From Dehalococcoidia bacterium (lineage in GTDB: Bacteria > Chloroflexota > Dehalococcoidia > GIF9 > UBA5629): a DNA stretch of 64,000 nucleotides. The stretch covers positions 25,007 through 89,006 of the forward strand of contig DAOTVU010000029.1 in NCBI GenBank assembly GCA_034436215.1, read 5' to 3'. The notes under the pieces are model-generated. The model worked only from the letters and a program-made list of their open reading frames with translations. It ran no database searches and was not told the origin of the DNA. A program made the position numbers and the translations under genes. Each line of letters starts with the position of its first letter. Positions within the stretch are counted from its first letter, which is position 1. Positions 48,858 through 58,792 of the stretch are shown here, piece after piece.

Positions 48858-48949
48858 TGGCGGAGGGAAAGGGATTCGAACCCTTGACCCCAGTTTCCCG
48901 GGGCAACCGCTTAGCAGGCGGCCGCACTAGACCACTATGCGATCCCTCC
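48858..48949 (-). tRNA. tRNA-Ser (anticodon GCT)
   Basis: Hand-folded. Acceptor GGAGGGA/TCCCTCC, anticodon stem GCCGC/GCGGT and loop CTGCTAA. Long variable arm and encoded CCA. Confidence 0.87.
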
Positions 48950-49167
48950 ACAAAATATCGAAATAACCAAACTTTCCCCGCATGAAATATAGCATAGTAT
49001 TTACGCTTCTTTCAAGCAAATTGCTGCCGTTACGGGCAATAAACCGTAGCTACAAAGTACCAGCAGGAAAAGTACCAAAGGGTGATATTAAGTTGTGTGT
49101 ATCTATATTATTATCGGGGTGTAGGAGTATGAAGGCTAATTGACGGTTTTTGTTGGAGGAGAAAACA

Positions 49168-49641
49168 ATGATAGATTTAACTAAACAAATCAACAGAGAC
49201 ATAGGAGAAATAATAAAAATACGTGAGCATATACTGCGGCTTGAGGGAACTGAACAAATTGAAAATATAGCTAAATCTAATTTTGATAATAACTATCAAA
49301 AGAAATTATCCTGCAAACACATAAATGAGCATATATTTTTATGTACATGTCAGGGCAGTCTCATTGATGGTAATCAAACACTACTCGATATACTGGGATA
49401 TACTATTGAAGAATTTTTCGGCATGAATATCACAGATTTATGTGTAAATCCTCTGGATGGAATCCAATTTCTTGACGCAATAGGTAAAAAAGGTTATATC
49501 ATAGCCTATAGAATTAAATTTAAGAGACACTCAGGCAAAGAGATTGATTTTATGCTTACCGGCACTATCCGCTGGTATAATGAGGATAATTTCCCGGATA
49601 ATAGACCTCTATTTAAAGTATGGGCCAGGACAATTAAGTAA
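49168..49641 (+). CDS. stand-alone PAS-domain protein
   Basis: ATG 49168 is preceded by GGAGGA. PAS-like core GSLIDGNQTLLDILGYTIEEFFGMNITDL...YRIKFKRHSGKEIDFMLTG. There is no output domain. Confidence 0.65.
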   Translation: MIDLTKQINRDIGEIIKIREHILRLEGTEQIENIAKSNFDNNYQKKLSCKHINEHIFLCTCQGSLIDGNQTLLDILGYTIEEFFGMNITDLCVNPLDGIQFLDAIGKKGYIIAYRIKFKRHSGKEIDFMLTGTIRWYNEDNFPDNRPLFKVWARTIK

Positions 49642-49667
49642 TCTGGAAGCACCGCAATTTACAAAGT

Positions 49668-49742
49668 TGGAGCGGGTGAAGGGATTCGAACCCTCGACGT
49701 TTTGCTTGGGAAGCAAACACTCTGCCGCTGAGTTACACCCGC
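49668..49742 (-). tRNA. tRNA-Gly (anticodon CCC)
   Basis: Hand-folded. Acceptor GCGGGTG/CACCCGC, anticodon stem TTTGC/GCAAA, loop TTCCCAA, T-loop TTCGAAT and encoded CCA. Confidence 0.88.
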
Positions 49743-49800
49743 AGTAAAATTATATTAATTATTATGATGGATTAATGTCAAGCTGTTGTAGGTAAATAAT

Positions 49801-50247
49801 CTACCTTGTACACACCCAATCTGGCACTTTAGCTCTGCGGTCAATATCCTTAATAGGAATATAACATTTAATATCCAAGATAGGTGTACCATTTATAGCA
49901 TCAAGACCTTTTACCGTAATTATATTCTTATCCCGCTTTAAAAGTTGTACCACGGTAACCCCAACAGGATTTGGACGTAATGGGCTATGCGTAGCAAAAA
50001 CGCCTGTAAGGGGATTAGAAGGGTTACCTTTTGGATGAACTTTAAGCACTCTTCGATCCTCATCTTTTACACGGTCAAGCCAGAAAATTATCATTAGATG
50101 AGAAAATTCCTCGATGCCATCGAGAGCCTCATTATATTTATTATCAATAATAATACGAGAAACGACATTTTCCGCTTGAAATTTATCAGAGATATTTATC
50201 TTATTTTCAACCCGACCGATAATATTTATTTTTAATTTTAAAACCAT
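49801..50247 (-). CDS. trmO: TsaA/YaeB-family tRNA methyltransferase (TrmO-like)
   Basis: Core motif GVFATHSPLRPNPVGVTVV and LDGTPILDIK-type C-terminus (INGTPILDIKCYIP). Confidence 0.78.
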   Translation of the reverse strand: MVLKLKINIIGRVENKINISDKFQAENVVSRIIIDNKYNEALDGIEEFSHLMIIFWLDRVKDEDRRVLKVHPKGNPSNPLTGVFATHSPLRPNPVGVTVVQLLKRDKNIITVKGLDAINGTPILDIKCYIPIKDIDRRAKVPDWVCTR

Positions 50248-50300
50248 ATGAATTAGTATAAATGATTACATTATAAAGTATCAATAGAATAGCTATAAGC

Positions 50301-50329
50301 TTGATTTGTATTGGGCGGCATTATAAAAT
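50301..50329 (+). promoter_or_regulatory. sigma70-type promoter candidate
   Basis: TTGATT (50301-06), a 17-nt spacer, then TAAAAT (50324-29). It lies upstream of RBS AAGGAGG and ATG 50366. Confidence 0.35.
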
Positions 50330-50365
50330 CAACAAATTTACAGCCTGAATAACAAGGAGGCATTT

Positions 50366-51820
50366 ATGACTGCATCGGTACTTGACTATATATTTAATCC
50401 GAGATCGATAGCCATAGCCGGCGTATCTCCTGATTTAGCAAGGCCTAACATTGCACAGGCTTTTGTTAACAGTCTCAAGGACTTCGGTTATAAAGGCGAC
50501 ATTTACCCGCTGCATCCTGCTGGAGGCGAGATTTTCGGCTTAAAAGTTTATAAAAATATAAAAGATATTCCGAATAATGTGGATTATGTTGTATCGGCTA
50601 TCCCCGCCAGATATACCCCCCAGTTGATAACAGACTGTGTGGTTAAAAAAGTAAAAATTGTCCATCTATTTACCTCTGGTTATAGTGAGATAGAGGATCA
50701 TATAGGGCTTGAGCTGGAAAATGAAATTGTAAAGATTGCTCGCAGTGGTGGTGTGCGTTTAATTGGACCAAATTGCATGGGAACATATTGTCCGGCTACA
50801 GGAATGACATTTGCCGCAGAATATCCTGATCAGAAGGGATTCCCGAAGACATCCGGACAACTGGGGCTTGTTTCACAAAGCGGTGGAAACACGATATATG
50901 CAATCCGGCAATGTGCAGAAAGGGGTGTATATTTCAGTAAGGCTATAAGCTACGGAAATGCAACTGATCTAAATGAGAGCGACTATCTTGAGTATTTTGC
51001 AGATGATGATGAAACCAGATTGGTGGCAATGTACATCGAAGGGCTTAAGGAGGGACAGCGCTTCAAATATGCTGTTAAGAAAGCACTCAAGACTAAACCA
51101 GTCATAATCAACAAAGGAGGCAATACGGAAACTGGGGCTAGGACATGTACTTCACATACAAGTGCTATGGCGGGATCAGCAAAAATCTGGCGAAGTTTTA
51201 TTAAACAAACGGGTGCCATTCTTGTTGAAGGTATGGACGAGCTGGTTGATGTAATTGTTGCCTTTACAAAAATGCCGGTCCCCCATGGAAGAAATGCAGT
51301 AGTTATTGGCACCGGCGGCGGAGTAGGCGTGCAGGCAGCCGATGATATTACAAATGCCGGCCTGTTTTTGCCAATGTTAAATCCGGAAGTTCGAAAACAG
51401 CTTAATTCCATATATGGGACTGAAGCTGGCAGTATGTTTAGAAATCCCGTAGACTCGCCACCATTCGGGGGAGTAAAAAATCATATTCGTGCTATTAAAG
51501 CAATCGCGGACTCGAATGATATCGATATAATCATTCTGCATTTTGGATTCGATATATGGGCCATGGTTAGCAGAACTATTCCATTACAGCCTTTTGTTGA
51601 AACAGTATCGGAATTAGTAGATATAATTAAAAAGCCATTGGCTATTGTATTACACTATTGTACTGATCCAAAATCACGAGTCCTGGAAGATGAGGTGGCA
51701 CATAAATTTGTTAATATGGGGCTTCCTGTTTATCCGTCTATTTCACGTGCAGCAAATGCTATATCCAAATATATAACCTATCATGAATATCGTCTTAAAA
51801 ACTTGAAAGATCGAGATTAG
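50366..51820 (+). CDS. ADP-forming acyl-CoA synthetase alpha-type / CoA-binding protein (stand-alone, 484 aa)
   Basis: Motifs SIAIAGVS, LIGPNCMG, VSQSGG, His loop TCTSHTSAMAG and VIGTGGGVG. Its stop codon directly abuts the sucD stop codon on the other strand. Confidence 0.83.
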   Translation: MTASVLDYIFNPRSIAIAGVSPDLARPNIAQAFVNSLKDFGYKGDIYPLHPAGGEIFGLKVYKNIKDIPNNVDYVVSAIPARYTPQLITDCVVKKVKIVHLFTSGYSEIEDHIGLELENEIVKIARSGGVRLIGPNCMGTYCPATGMTFAAEYPDQKGFPKTSGQLGLVSQSGGNTIYAIRQCAERGVYFSKAISYGNATDLNESDYLEYFADDDETRLVAMYIEGLKEGQRFKYAVKKALKTKPVIINKGGNTETGARTCTSHTSAMAGSAKIWRSFIKQTGAILVEGMDELVDVIVAFTKMPVPHGRNAVVIGTGGGVGVQAADDITNAGLFLPMLNPEVRKQLNSIYGTEAGSMFRNPVDSPPFGGVKNHIRAIKAIADSNDIDIIILHFGFDIWAMVSRTIPLQPFVETVSELVDIIKKPLAIVLHYCTDPKSRVLEDEVAHKFVNMGLPVYPSISRAANAISKYITYHEYRLKNLKDRD

Positions 51821-52705
51821 TCATGCTTTAATATATCGTTCAATTATCCTCTTCACTGTTAAACCTATTTCTGAAGGGTTTTTAACGATAAAAGCGCCGC
51901 TTTGGGATAAAGCTGAAACTTTATTCTCAGCTGTCCCCGAACTACCGCTAATAATTGCCCCCGCATGACCCATGCGTTTTCCAGGTGGAGCTTCTCTACC
52001 CGCAATAAAAGCAATTATGGGTTTATTAACGTTGGTTTTAATAAAAGCAGCAGCCTCCTGCTCTATTGTTCCACCTATCTCTCCTATTAGCACAATAGCA
52101 GCGGTTTCTTCATCCTGCTGAAATAATTTCAATATATCTGCAAAAGTTGTGCCTGGCAACGGATCACCGCCTATACCAACGCATGTAGATTGACCGATGC
52201 CCAGGGCTGTAAGCTGTGATACAGCCTCATAGGTAAGTGTACCACTTCGAGAAACAACTCCTATAGAGCCCGGTATGTGGATTTCACCTGCCATAATACC
52301 AGCCTTACATTTTCCCGGAGATATCACACCGGGGCAGTTTGGTCCTATAAGACGTGTTGATTTCTCCCTCAAGTAGCGATGCACCAGAATCATGTCTTTT
52401 ACAGGGATTCCTTCGGTAATACATATTATCAGTGGAATATTGGTTTCAGCCGCCTCCAGTATAGAATCGGCTGCTGCAGCAGGTGGAACAAAGATAATGC
52501 TTGTATTGGCGCCTGTTTCAGAAACGGCAGTGTCCATAGTATTAAATACAGGTATTCCATCAACTTTCATCCCGCCTTTTCCTGGAGTTACGCCTGCAAC
52601 AACATTTGTTCCATACTCAATACAGCGTCTAGTATGAAAACTTCCTTCAGCACCGGTAATTCCCTGAACTATTAATCTGGTATTCTCATCAATTAAAATG
52701 CTCAA
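51821..52705 (-). CDS. sucD: succinate--CoA ligase alpha subunit
   Basis: Motifs [25 protein letters not shown] and the catalytic His loop [10 protein letters not shown]. Confidence 0.93.
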   Translation of the reverse strand: MSILIDENTRLIVQGITGAEGSFHTRRCIEYGTNVVAGVTPGKGGMKVDGIPVFNTMDTAVSETGANTSIIFVPPAAAADSILEAAETNIPLIICITEGIPVKDMILVHRYLREKSTRLIGPNCPGVISPGKCKAGIMAGEIHIPGSIGVVSRSGTLTYEAVSQLTALGIGQSTCVGIGGDPLPGTTFADILKLFQQDEETAAIVLIGEIGGTIEQEAAAFIKTNVNKPIIAFIAGREAPPGKRMGHAGAIISGSSGTAENKVSALSQSGAFIVKNPSEIGLTVKRIIERYIKA

Positions 52706-52739
52706 GTTGATCTCCCCAGCGTCATTATCTTATCTTTCC

Positions 52740-53903
52740 TCAGTTATTTGCAGCAGATACAGCTTTAATCGCAGCATCGTAAAAATCCGTAGCATCGATA
52801 TAATTTATACCCGCTTGCATGAGCATTTGTTTACCTTCCAAAGCATTTGTACCCGCCAGCCTAATAACTACCGGAACTTTTATATCAATCTGCTTGTAGG
52901 CATCGATGATGCCACGAGCGATGATGTCTGCGCGAGCCATGCCACCAAAAATATTTATCAGAATAGACTTTACATTTGGGTCTGACATAAAGATTTTAAA
53001 TGCGTTTATCAGTATCTGTGGATTATTTACAGTTCCGATATCGAGAAAGTTAGCGGCTCTGCCTCCTGCATATTTGATCATATCAAGGGCAGCCATAGCC
53101 AGGCCAGCACCATTAACAGCGCAGCCGATATTCCCATCTAATTTGACATAATTTTTAATTCCAAGTTCTGAGGCAATTTTTTCGAACTGGTCATCTTGTT
53201 CGGGATCGTGCAAATTACGGATGCTATCGTGTCTAAATAGGGCATTGTCGTCAAAATTTAGCTTGGCATCAAGTGCGATTAGTCTCCCATCTTTTGTAAC
53301 AGCCAAGGGGTTAATCTCAGCCAGCGAGCAGTCGTTTTCCATGAATAATTTGAATAAAGCCGCAATGATAGCACCAAACTCTTTTATCAGATCTCCACTT
53401 AAACCTATCCCATAAGCCAATTTACGACCGATATACGGCTGAAAACCAACTGCAGGATCTACATATGCCATGATTATCTTTTCGGGTGAATTTTCGGCTA
53501 TATCTTCAATATCCATTCCGCCTGCTGAGCTTGTCATTATTACCGGCAAACGCTTGCTTGTATCAATGACAATACTTATATAAATTTCACCTACTATCGG
53601 TACAGCTTCTTCTATCAATACTTTTCTAACAATTGTGCCCGCAGAAGATGTCTGGTGCGTAATAAGCGTTCTATCAAGCATAGAAGTTGCGATTTTTACA
53701 GCATCGACTGGGCTGCTGGCAAATTTAATGCCTCCCGCTTTACCTCTTCCTCCAGCATAAACTTGCGCTTTAATCACAACCGGCTTGCCAATCTCTTCGG
53801 CAATTCGTCGTACGTCGTCAATTGTTTGAGCCAATCTGCCAGTAGGCGTCGGGATATTATACGAAGCCAGAATAGACTTGGCCTGATATTCGTGAATTTT
53901 CAT
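52740..53903 (-). CDS. sucC: succinate--CoA ligase beta subunit
   Basis: MKIHEYQAK N-terminus, ATP-grasp GGRGKAGGI and C-terminal NIFGGMARAD (ligase-CoA motif). Confidence 0.93.
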   Translation of the reverse strand: MKIHEYQAKSILASYNIPTPTGRLAQTIDDVRRIAEEIGKPVVIKAQVYAGGRGKAGGIKFASSPVDAVKIATSMLDRTLITHQTSSAGTIVRKVLIEEAVPIVGEIYISIVIDTSKRLPVIMTSSAGGMDIEDIAENSPEKIIMAYVDPAVGFQPYIGRKLAYGIGLSGDLIKEFGAIIAALFKLFMENDCSLAEINPLAVTKDGRLIALDAKLNFDDNALFRHDSIRNLHDPEQDDQFEKIASELGIKNYVKLDGNIGCAVNGAGLAMAALDMIKYAGGRAANFLDIGTVNNPQILINAFKIFMSDPNVKSILINIFGGMARADIIARGIIDAYKQIDIKVPVVIRLAGTNALEGKQMLMQAGINYIDATDFYDAAIKAVSAANN

Positions 53904-54463
53904 GTAATTCTCCGGTACATTGCCTTGCCTTCTTGATAAAGATCTCCACCGTAAATATCATTTATTACAGTAACGGGGAAATCTGCCACTTCCAGACGAC
54001 GAATAGCCTCAGCTCCCAAATCGTCGTAAGCAATTACCTCGGCTTTTTTAATGCATTTAGAAATAAGTGCACCTGCACCACCTATAGCAGCAAAATAAAC
54101 AGTCTTATATTTTTTAATGGCATCCTTGACTATTTCACTGCGATCACCTTTCCCAATCATTCCCTTCATCCCTTCTGCCATTAACCGAGGTGAATATACA
54201 TCCATCCTCCCACTGGTGGTTGGGCCTGCGGCTCCTATTACATAGCCCGGTTTGGCCGGTGATGGCCCCATGTAATAAATTATCTGGTTTCTTATATCAA
54301 AAGGCAGTTTTTCTCCTTTATCCAGAGCCTCTACCATCCTTTTATGCGCGGCATCCCTGGCTGTGTATATAACGCCGGTAATATACACCTGGTCTCCAGC
54401 TTTTAATTTTTCAACAACCTCATCTGATAGTGGAGTATTAATTTTTATAATTTCCATAGTCAA
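53900..54463 (-). CDS. class I (Fe-S) fumarate hydratase / tartrate dehydratase-type beta subunit
   Basis: 187 aa. Beta-type swivel-domain pattern KAGDQVYITGVIYTARDAAHKRM and GPTTSGRMD. Its stop overlaps the sucC start (ATGA). Confidence 0.82.
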   Translation of the reverse strand: MTMEIIKINTPLSDEVVEKLKAGDQVYITGVIYTARDAAHKRMVEALDKGEKLPFDIRNQIIYYMGPSPAKPGYVIGAAGPTTSGRMDVYSPRLMAEGMKGMIGKGDRSEIVKDAIKKYKTVYFAAIGGAGALISKCIKKAEVIAYDDLGAEAIRRLEVADFPVTVINDIYGGDLYQEGKAMYRRIT

Positions 54464-54481
54464 CTACACCTTTATAATGTT

Positions 54482-55303
54482 TTATTTAGCAGTATACTGA
54501 GGAACTTCTATTTTCCCCTTTACAGTATCGGGTTTATCCGCAAATTTGGTTCTCTGGGTTTGTATTCCAAGATGCATACTGTACATTAGCAACCTGCGTC
54601 TGAGTAACTGTATAGCAAATGCGGGATCTACTCCTTTAGGACAGGCCTCTGAACACGCAGACGCAAAGTGACAATTCCATATGCCGTGATCTTTTTCGAC
54701 TATGCTGAGCCGTTCCTCCAGACCTTCGTCTCTATTATCAGCACAATATCGATAAACCTGGCTGAGTGCCTGAGGCCCCAAAAATTTAATATCGCTAGCT
54801 GCTGTAGGGCAGGCAGCAACACAAATACCGCATTTTATGCAATAAGAAAATTGAAGAAACGCAGATAGTTCTTCGGGCTTTTGTAGAAACTCTCCTTGTC
54901 GTTCTTCAATCTCTACGGAATCATGTCTGATAATATAGGGATGAACTTCTTTATGCTTTTCAAAAAATTCACTCAACGACGGTACAAGATCTTTTATGAT
55001 TTTGTGATTCGGTAGGGGTTTAATTACTAATTTTCCTGAATGGAATTCTTCAACCTGTGTATGGCATGCAAGATGTGGATAACCATTGATATACATTGCA
55101 CATGAACCGCAAATACCCATCCGGCACGAAGTACGAAAAGCCAGGCTACTGTCAATATTTTCCCTGATATAGAGTAGGCCTTCCAGCACAGTAGTCCCTC
55201 TTTTGACAGGGACTTGGAATGATTGGAAATAGGAATTCTTATCTTTCTCAGGATTAAATCTCTGGACAGTAAATATTACAGTCTTAATATCATTATCACC
55301 CAT
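54482..55303 (-). CDS. sdhB: succinate dehydrogenase / fumarate reductase iron-sulfur subunit
   Basis: 2Fe-2S CRMGICGSCAM, 4Fe-4S CIKCGICVAACP and 3Fe-4S-type CHFASACSEACP. Confidence 0.9.
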   Translation of the reverse strand: MGDNDIKTVIFTVQRFNPEKDKNSYFQSFQVPVKRGTTVLEGLLYIRENIDSSLAFRTSCRMGICGSCAMYINGYPHLACHTQVEEFHSGKLVIKPLPNHKIIKDLVPSLSEFFEKHKEVHPYIIRHDSVEIEERQGEFLQKPEELSAFLQFSYCIKCGICVAACPTAASDIKFLGPQALSQVYRYCADNRDEGLEERLSIVEKDHGIWNCHFASACSEACPKGVDPAFAIQLLRRRLLMYSMHLGIQTQRTKFADKPDTVKGKIEVPQYTAK

Positions 55304-55316
55304 ATGGAATCTCTCC

Positions 55317-55679
55317 TTACTTCATAAACAAAGTTATTGGAGTATAAGCACCTAGAATAAAAAATATCAATCCAACTAATATAATAAAAATGATTGATAA
55401 ACGAAGAGATGTCCGGCTTAAATTCATCTCGACTAATATTTTATAAAGGCCATTGGAAGCATGTAACATGGCAAAAAACAACAGCATGATATACAATGTA
55501 ACCCAGCTAATTTGTTTCGCTCTTTCGATCATTGAATTGAACGATAGAGTATTACTTACAGATATTCCAAGAAATCCCAGTATAACATCCAGTCTTTGGA
55601 CACCTATGTGAACCGCTAATAATAAGCCGGCAAGTATTCCACTTATCATTTGAACAAGCTGTAAATATGTGTTTTTCAT
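55317..55679 (-). CDS. sdhD: succinate dehydrogenase / fumarate reductase membrane anchor subunit (SdhD-like)
   Basis: 120-aa protein with three hydrophobic helices between sdhC and sdhB. Its start overlaps the sdhC stop (ATGA). Confidence 0.65.
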   Translation of the reverse strand: MKNTYLQLVQMISGILAGLLLAVHIGVQRLDVILGFLGISVSNTLSFNSMIERAKQISWVTLYIMLLFFAMLHASNGLYKILVEMNLSRTSLRLSIIFIILVGLIFFILGAYTPITLFMK

Positions 55680-56122
55680 TTCCAGCCTCCCAATACAGAG
55701 TTTGTGATGAAGGCTACTATCATCAACATTGCAATTACCATCAATATTAAAGTAAGAGCCCGGTTCCTGCGTATTGCATCAGTATATGGGTAAATGGGAG
55801 GTACCGGTTTTCCTAAGGCAAAACCTATCTCATGTATAATAAGCCGCAATCCATTTAATGCATGAAATGAAAATGCTATTAGAACAAGGAATTCGCCGAT
55901 TTTAAATATGGGGTTATCAAGAAAGCTCATAGCAGAGTCCCATACGTTTTTACCCTGGATTCTAAAAACAGTAGTTACGGTTAAATGAAATATACCGAAA
56001 AGAATCAGACCGAGACCGGTAATTCGATGTAAAGTATAAAGATATCTTTCCAGCCTATAGTTCCCAGCCCAGAGCCAGCCGAATATGCCCAGATTATTCT
56101 CACGGAATCTTTTCATCTGCAT
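55676..56122 (-). CDS. sdhC: succinate dehydrogenase / fumarate reductase cytochrome b subunit (SdhC-like)
   Basis: 148 aa with three helices. SdhC-like LHRITG motif, and His residues in helices that could ligate heme. Confidence 0.68.
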   Translation of the reverse strand: MQMKRFRENNLGIFGWLWAGNYRLERYLYTLHRITGLGLILFGIFHLTVTTVFRIQGKNVWDSAMSFLDNPIFKIGEFLVLIAFSFHALNGLRLIIHEIGFALGKPVPPIYPYTDAIRRNRALTLILMVIAMLMIVAFITNSVLGGWK

Positions 56123-56131
56123 TGAGCTCTC

Positions 56132-57841
56132 CTAATATTTCCTCTCTACTGGTTTCCAGAAATTGATTGCAACGGGTAAATATTCAAATTTGGGCCCAGC
56201 ATCCGAATAAAAGGCCAGTGTATGTTTTAACCAGTGAGCATCGTCACGTTCTTTGTAATCCCGCCTTGCATGAGCGCCCCTTGACTCTTTTCGTCTGAGA
56301 GCCCCTCCAACAACTATCTCCGATAAATCAAGCAGGTTCTGTATCTCGAACACATTTAATAATTCTGTATTATATATCCGACTATGATCGTTTATCTTTA
56401 CATGCAGCAGCTTTTCTTTTAACTCGTGTATTTTATCCAGCGCATCTTTAAGCCCCTGTTCATCACGAAATACACCGACTTTTTTATCCATAGTTTGGTT
56501 GAGTTCAATACGAATTACATATGCATTTTCATTCCCTTTGTTATCAATTCTTCCTTGCACTTCTGACTCAACCTCTTTAATGCTGCCAGGATCGACTTCA
56601 ATAAATGATCTGCGTTTTAAAACGTAAGTAGCAGCCTGCTGACCAGTTATTTTACCCCACACCAGACATTCGGCAGTTGAGTTTGAACCCAGTCTGTTTG
56701 CGCCATGAAGTGATACGCAGGCCGCTTCCCCGGCCGCCCAAATATTTTCCACGGGAGTTTTTCCATCGATGTCCGTGTGAATTCCACCCATTGTATAGTG
56801 AGCGGCGGGACGTACCGGTATGGGAGCGATAATAGGATCTATAAAATCAAACCGCATAGCCACTTCTCTAATTAGGGGCAGTCGCTCATTGATCTTATCA
56901 GCACCCAGGTGCCGTAAATCGAGATGGACGAAATCAAGGCCCGCTGGTTCACTAAAACCACGGCCATTCTCAATCTCGGTCATTTCGGCACGGGAAATTA
57001 TATCCCGGGGAGCAAGCTCCATTTTAGAGGCAGCGTATTTTCCCATAAACCGTTCGCCGAGATTATTATAAAGATAACCGCCTTCTCCCCTTGCCGCTTC
57101 AGTTATCAGAATGCCCGAAGGCACCAAACCCGTAGGATGGAACTGGATAAATTCAAGATCCTTAATCGGTATTCCCGCTCGATAGGCCATGGCCATTCCG
57201 TCACCGGTTGCCGTTAAAGAATAGGTGGTAAATCCGTACATCCGGCAGGCACCACCGGTAGCAATTATCAATGCCTTGCCCTGTATTACAAGAAGCTCAC
57301 CAGTCGTAAGGTCCCATCCAATAACACCACAGAAAATATCGTCTTTAATAATAATGGAGTGTATGAAGCACTCATCATAACGGGATATGCTAGTGAATTT
57401 CTGCAAAGTATCATAGAGCGTGTGCATTTCGAAAAATCCTGTTTTATCAGACGCAAAAGTCGCACGATCAAAAGAATGCCCTCCAAACGGCCGTTGATTT
57501 ATACGCCCGTCGTCTTTACGTGACCAAGGAATGCCCCAGTAGTCAAGAAGCCTGATCTCTCCGGGTATTTCGCTTACAAAACGCATGACTACGTCTTGAT
57601 CACTCAGAAAATCCGAACCACGCACCGTATCCCATGCATGGAGTTCGATACTATCACCGTTTTCCGGCTGCATTACAGCTGCCGTTCCCCCCTCAGCACA
57701 CACAGAGTGTGCTCTCATCAACTGAACTTTAGATATTATCGCAACATCAGCATCAGGGTTTTTGCGCGCAATCTCCACCGCAGCACGCAGACCTGCCAGA
57801 CCTGCACCCATAATAATGACATCGTGCTTTGTGTTTATCAT
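56132..57841 (-). CDS. sdhA: succinate dehydrogenase / fumarate reductase flavoprotein subunit
   Basis: FAD fold VIIMGAGLAGLRAA, covalent-FAD His context RAHSVCAEGG, plus HPTG and ESRGAHAR motifs. Confidence 0.93.
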   Translation of the reverse strand: MINTKHDVIIMGAGLAGLRAAVEIARKNPDADVAIISKVQLMRAHSVCAEGGTAAVMQPENGDSIELHAWDTVRGSDFLSDQDVVMRFVSEIPGEIRLLDYWGIPWSRKDDGRINQRPFGGHSFDRATFASDKTGFFEMHTLYDTLQKFTSISRYDECFIHSIIIKDDIFCGVIGWDLTTGELLVIQGKALIIATGGACRMYGFTTYSLTATGDGMAMAYRAGIPIKDLEFIQFHPTGLVPSGILITEAARGEGGYLYNNLGERFMGKYAASKMELAPRDIISRAEMTEIENGRGFSEPAGLDFVHLDLRHLGADKINERLPLIREVAMRFDFIDPIIAPIPVRPAAHYTMGGIHTDIDGKTPVENIWAAGEAACVSLHGANRLGSNSTAECLVWGKITGQQAATYVLKRRSFIEVDPGSIKEVESEVQGRIDNKGNENAYVIRIELNQTMDKKVGVFRDEQGLKDALDKIHELKEKLLHVKINDHSRIYNTELLNVFEIQNLLDLSEIVVGGALRRKESRGAHARRDYKERDDAHWLKHTLAFYSDAGPKFEYLPVAINFWKPVERKY

Positions 57842-57919
57842 TTAACTTATCCCGATTTTTTATTGATACAATGTTTTGAAGGGAAATAGAAGAAATCCAT
57901 TACAATCCGTTCTAAATAA

Positions 57920-58786
57920 TCAGATAACGGCCTCCTTATGGCGAGCAGCATGGCACTGGATATTAATAGCTACAGGCATGCTGGCTATATGTGCTGGAAA
58001 AACTTCGATATTAACCGACAGAGCTGTTACAGTCCCTCCATATCCCTGAGGCCCGATACCAAGATTATTAATACGTTTCAATAATTCTCTTTCAAGTTCG
58101 GCTACCTCAGTATCACTGTTATATTCACCGACTTTACGTAAAATAGATTTTTTAGCCAGCTCCATTGCCTTTTCTGCCGTACCTCCGATACCTACACCCA
58201 CGATAATAGGCGGACAAGGATTACTTCCTGCATCGTCAACCGCCTGGGTTACGGCATCGATGATACCATTTCTTCCGGCCGATGGAGTTAACATGAAAAG
58301 GCGGCTCATATTCTCACTACCACCACCTTTCGGAACTACTGTGATTTTAATATTATTGCCCGGCACAATGTCAGTATGGATTATCGCGGGCGTATTGTCT
58401 TTTGTATTCTGCCGTGCAGAAAAGGGCCTGCTTACCATTGACTTGCGTAGAAACCCTTTTTCATACCCTTGTCTGACGCCCTCATTTACTGCGTCATACA
58501 GATAACCACCAGTTATATGAACATCCTGACCCACTTCAAGATAAACTACTGTAGCACCGCAATCCTGACAGATCGCTATCTGTTCTTTTGCAGCCATTTC
58601 GGCATTTTCGATTATCTGTTGTAAAGTTTCCCGTCCTATCGGAGATTTCTCAGCTTGGCTGGCCATTCTAAGAGCATTGAGAACATCATCTGGTAAAAAA
58701 TAATTCGCTTCATAACATAAACGCGCAATGACGTCTGTTATATCCTTTGTGTTTATCTCTCTCATTTTTATTTCTTCATACCTCAA
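57920..58786 (-). CDS. class I (Fe-S) fumarate hydratase / tartrate dehydratase-type alpha subunit
   Basis: Alpha-type pattern with the cluster-ligand context CQDCG and the GGGSENMS motif. The start is TTG 58786 or, more likely, ATG 58765. Confidence 0.82.
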   Translation of the reverse strand: MRYEEIKMREINTKDITDVIARLCYEANYFLPDDVLNALRMASQAEKSPIGRETLQQIIENAEMAAKEQIAICQDCGATVVYLEVGQDVHITGGYLYDAVNEGVRQGYEKGFLRKSMVSRPFSARQNTKDNTPAIIHTDIVPGNNIKITVVPKGGGSENMSRLFMLTPSAGRNGIIDAVTQAVDDAGSNPCPPIIVGVGIGGTAEKAMELAKKSILRKVGEYNSDTEVAELERELLKRINNLGIGPQGYGGTVTALSVNIEVFPAHIASMPVAINIQCHAARHKEAVI

Positions 58787-58792
58787 CTGGCT

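Noticed and set aside
48982-49146. 54-aa ORF (MKYSIVFTLLSSKLLPLRAINRSYKVPAGKVPKG...) between tRNA-Ser and the PAS gene
   Set aside because: It has no Shine-Dalgarno sequence and no recognisable motif. It overlaps the repeated AAAGTACCA elements, which look regulatory. I cannot exclude it without conservation data.
45841-49742. tRNA-flanked segment considered as an integrated mobile element or genomic island
   Set aside because: I recognise no integrase, recombinase, transposase or phage gene. I found no direct repeat of a tRNA 3' end. miaB is a core gene.
49544-49747. 67-aa + strand ORF
   Set aside because: Its 3' half is the reverse strand of the tRNA-Gly(CCC) gene.
50983-51411. 142-aa antisense ORF inside the acyl-CoA synthetase paralog
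   Set aside because: It is a shadow ORF opposite a gene with conserved motifs.
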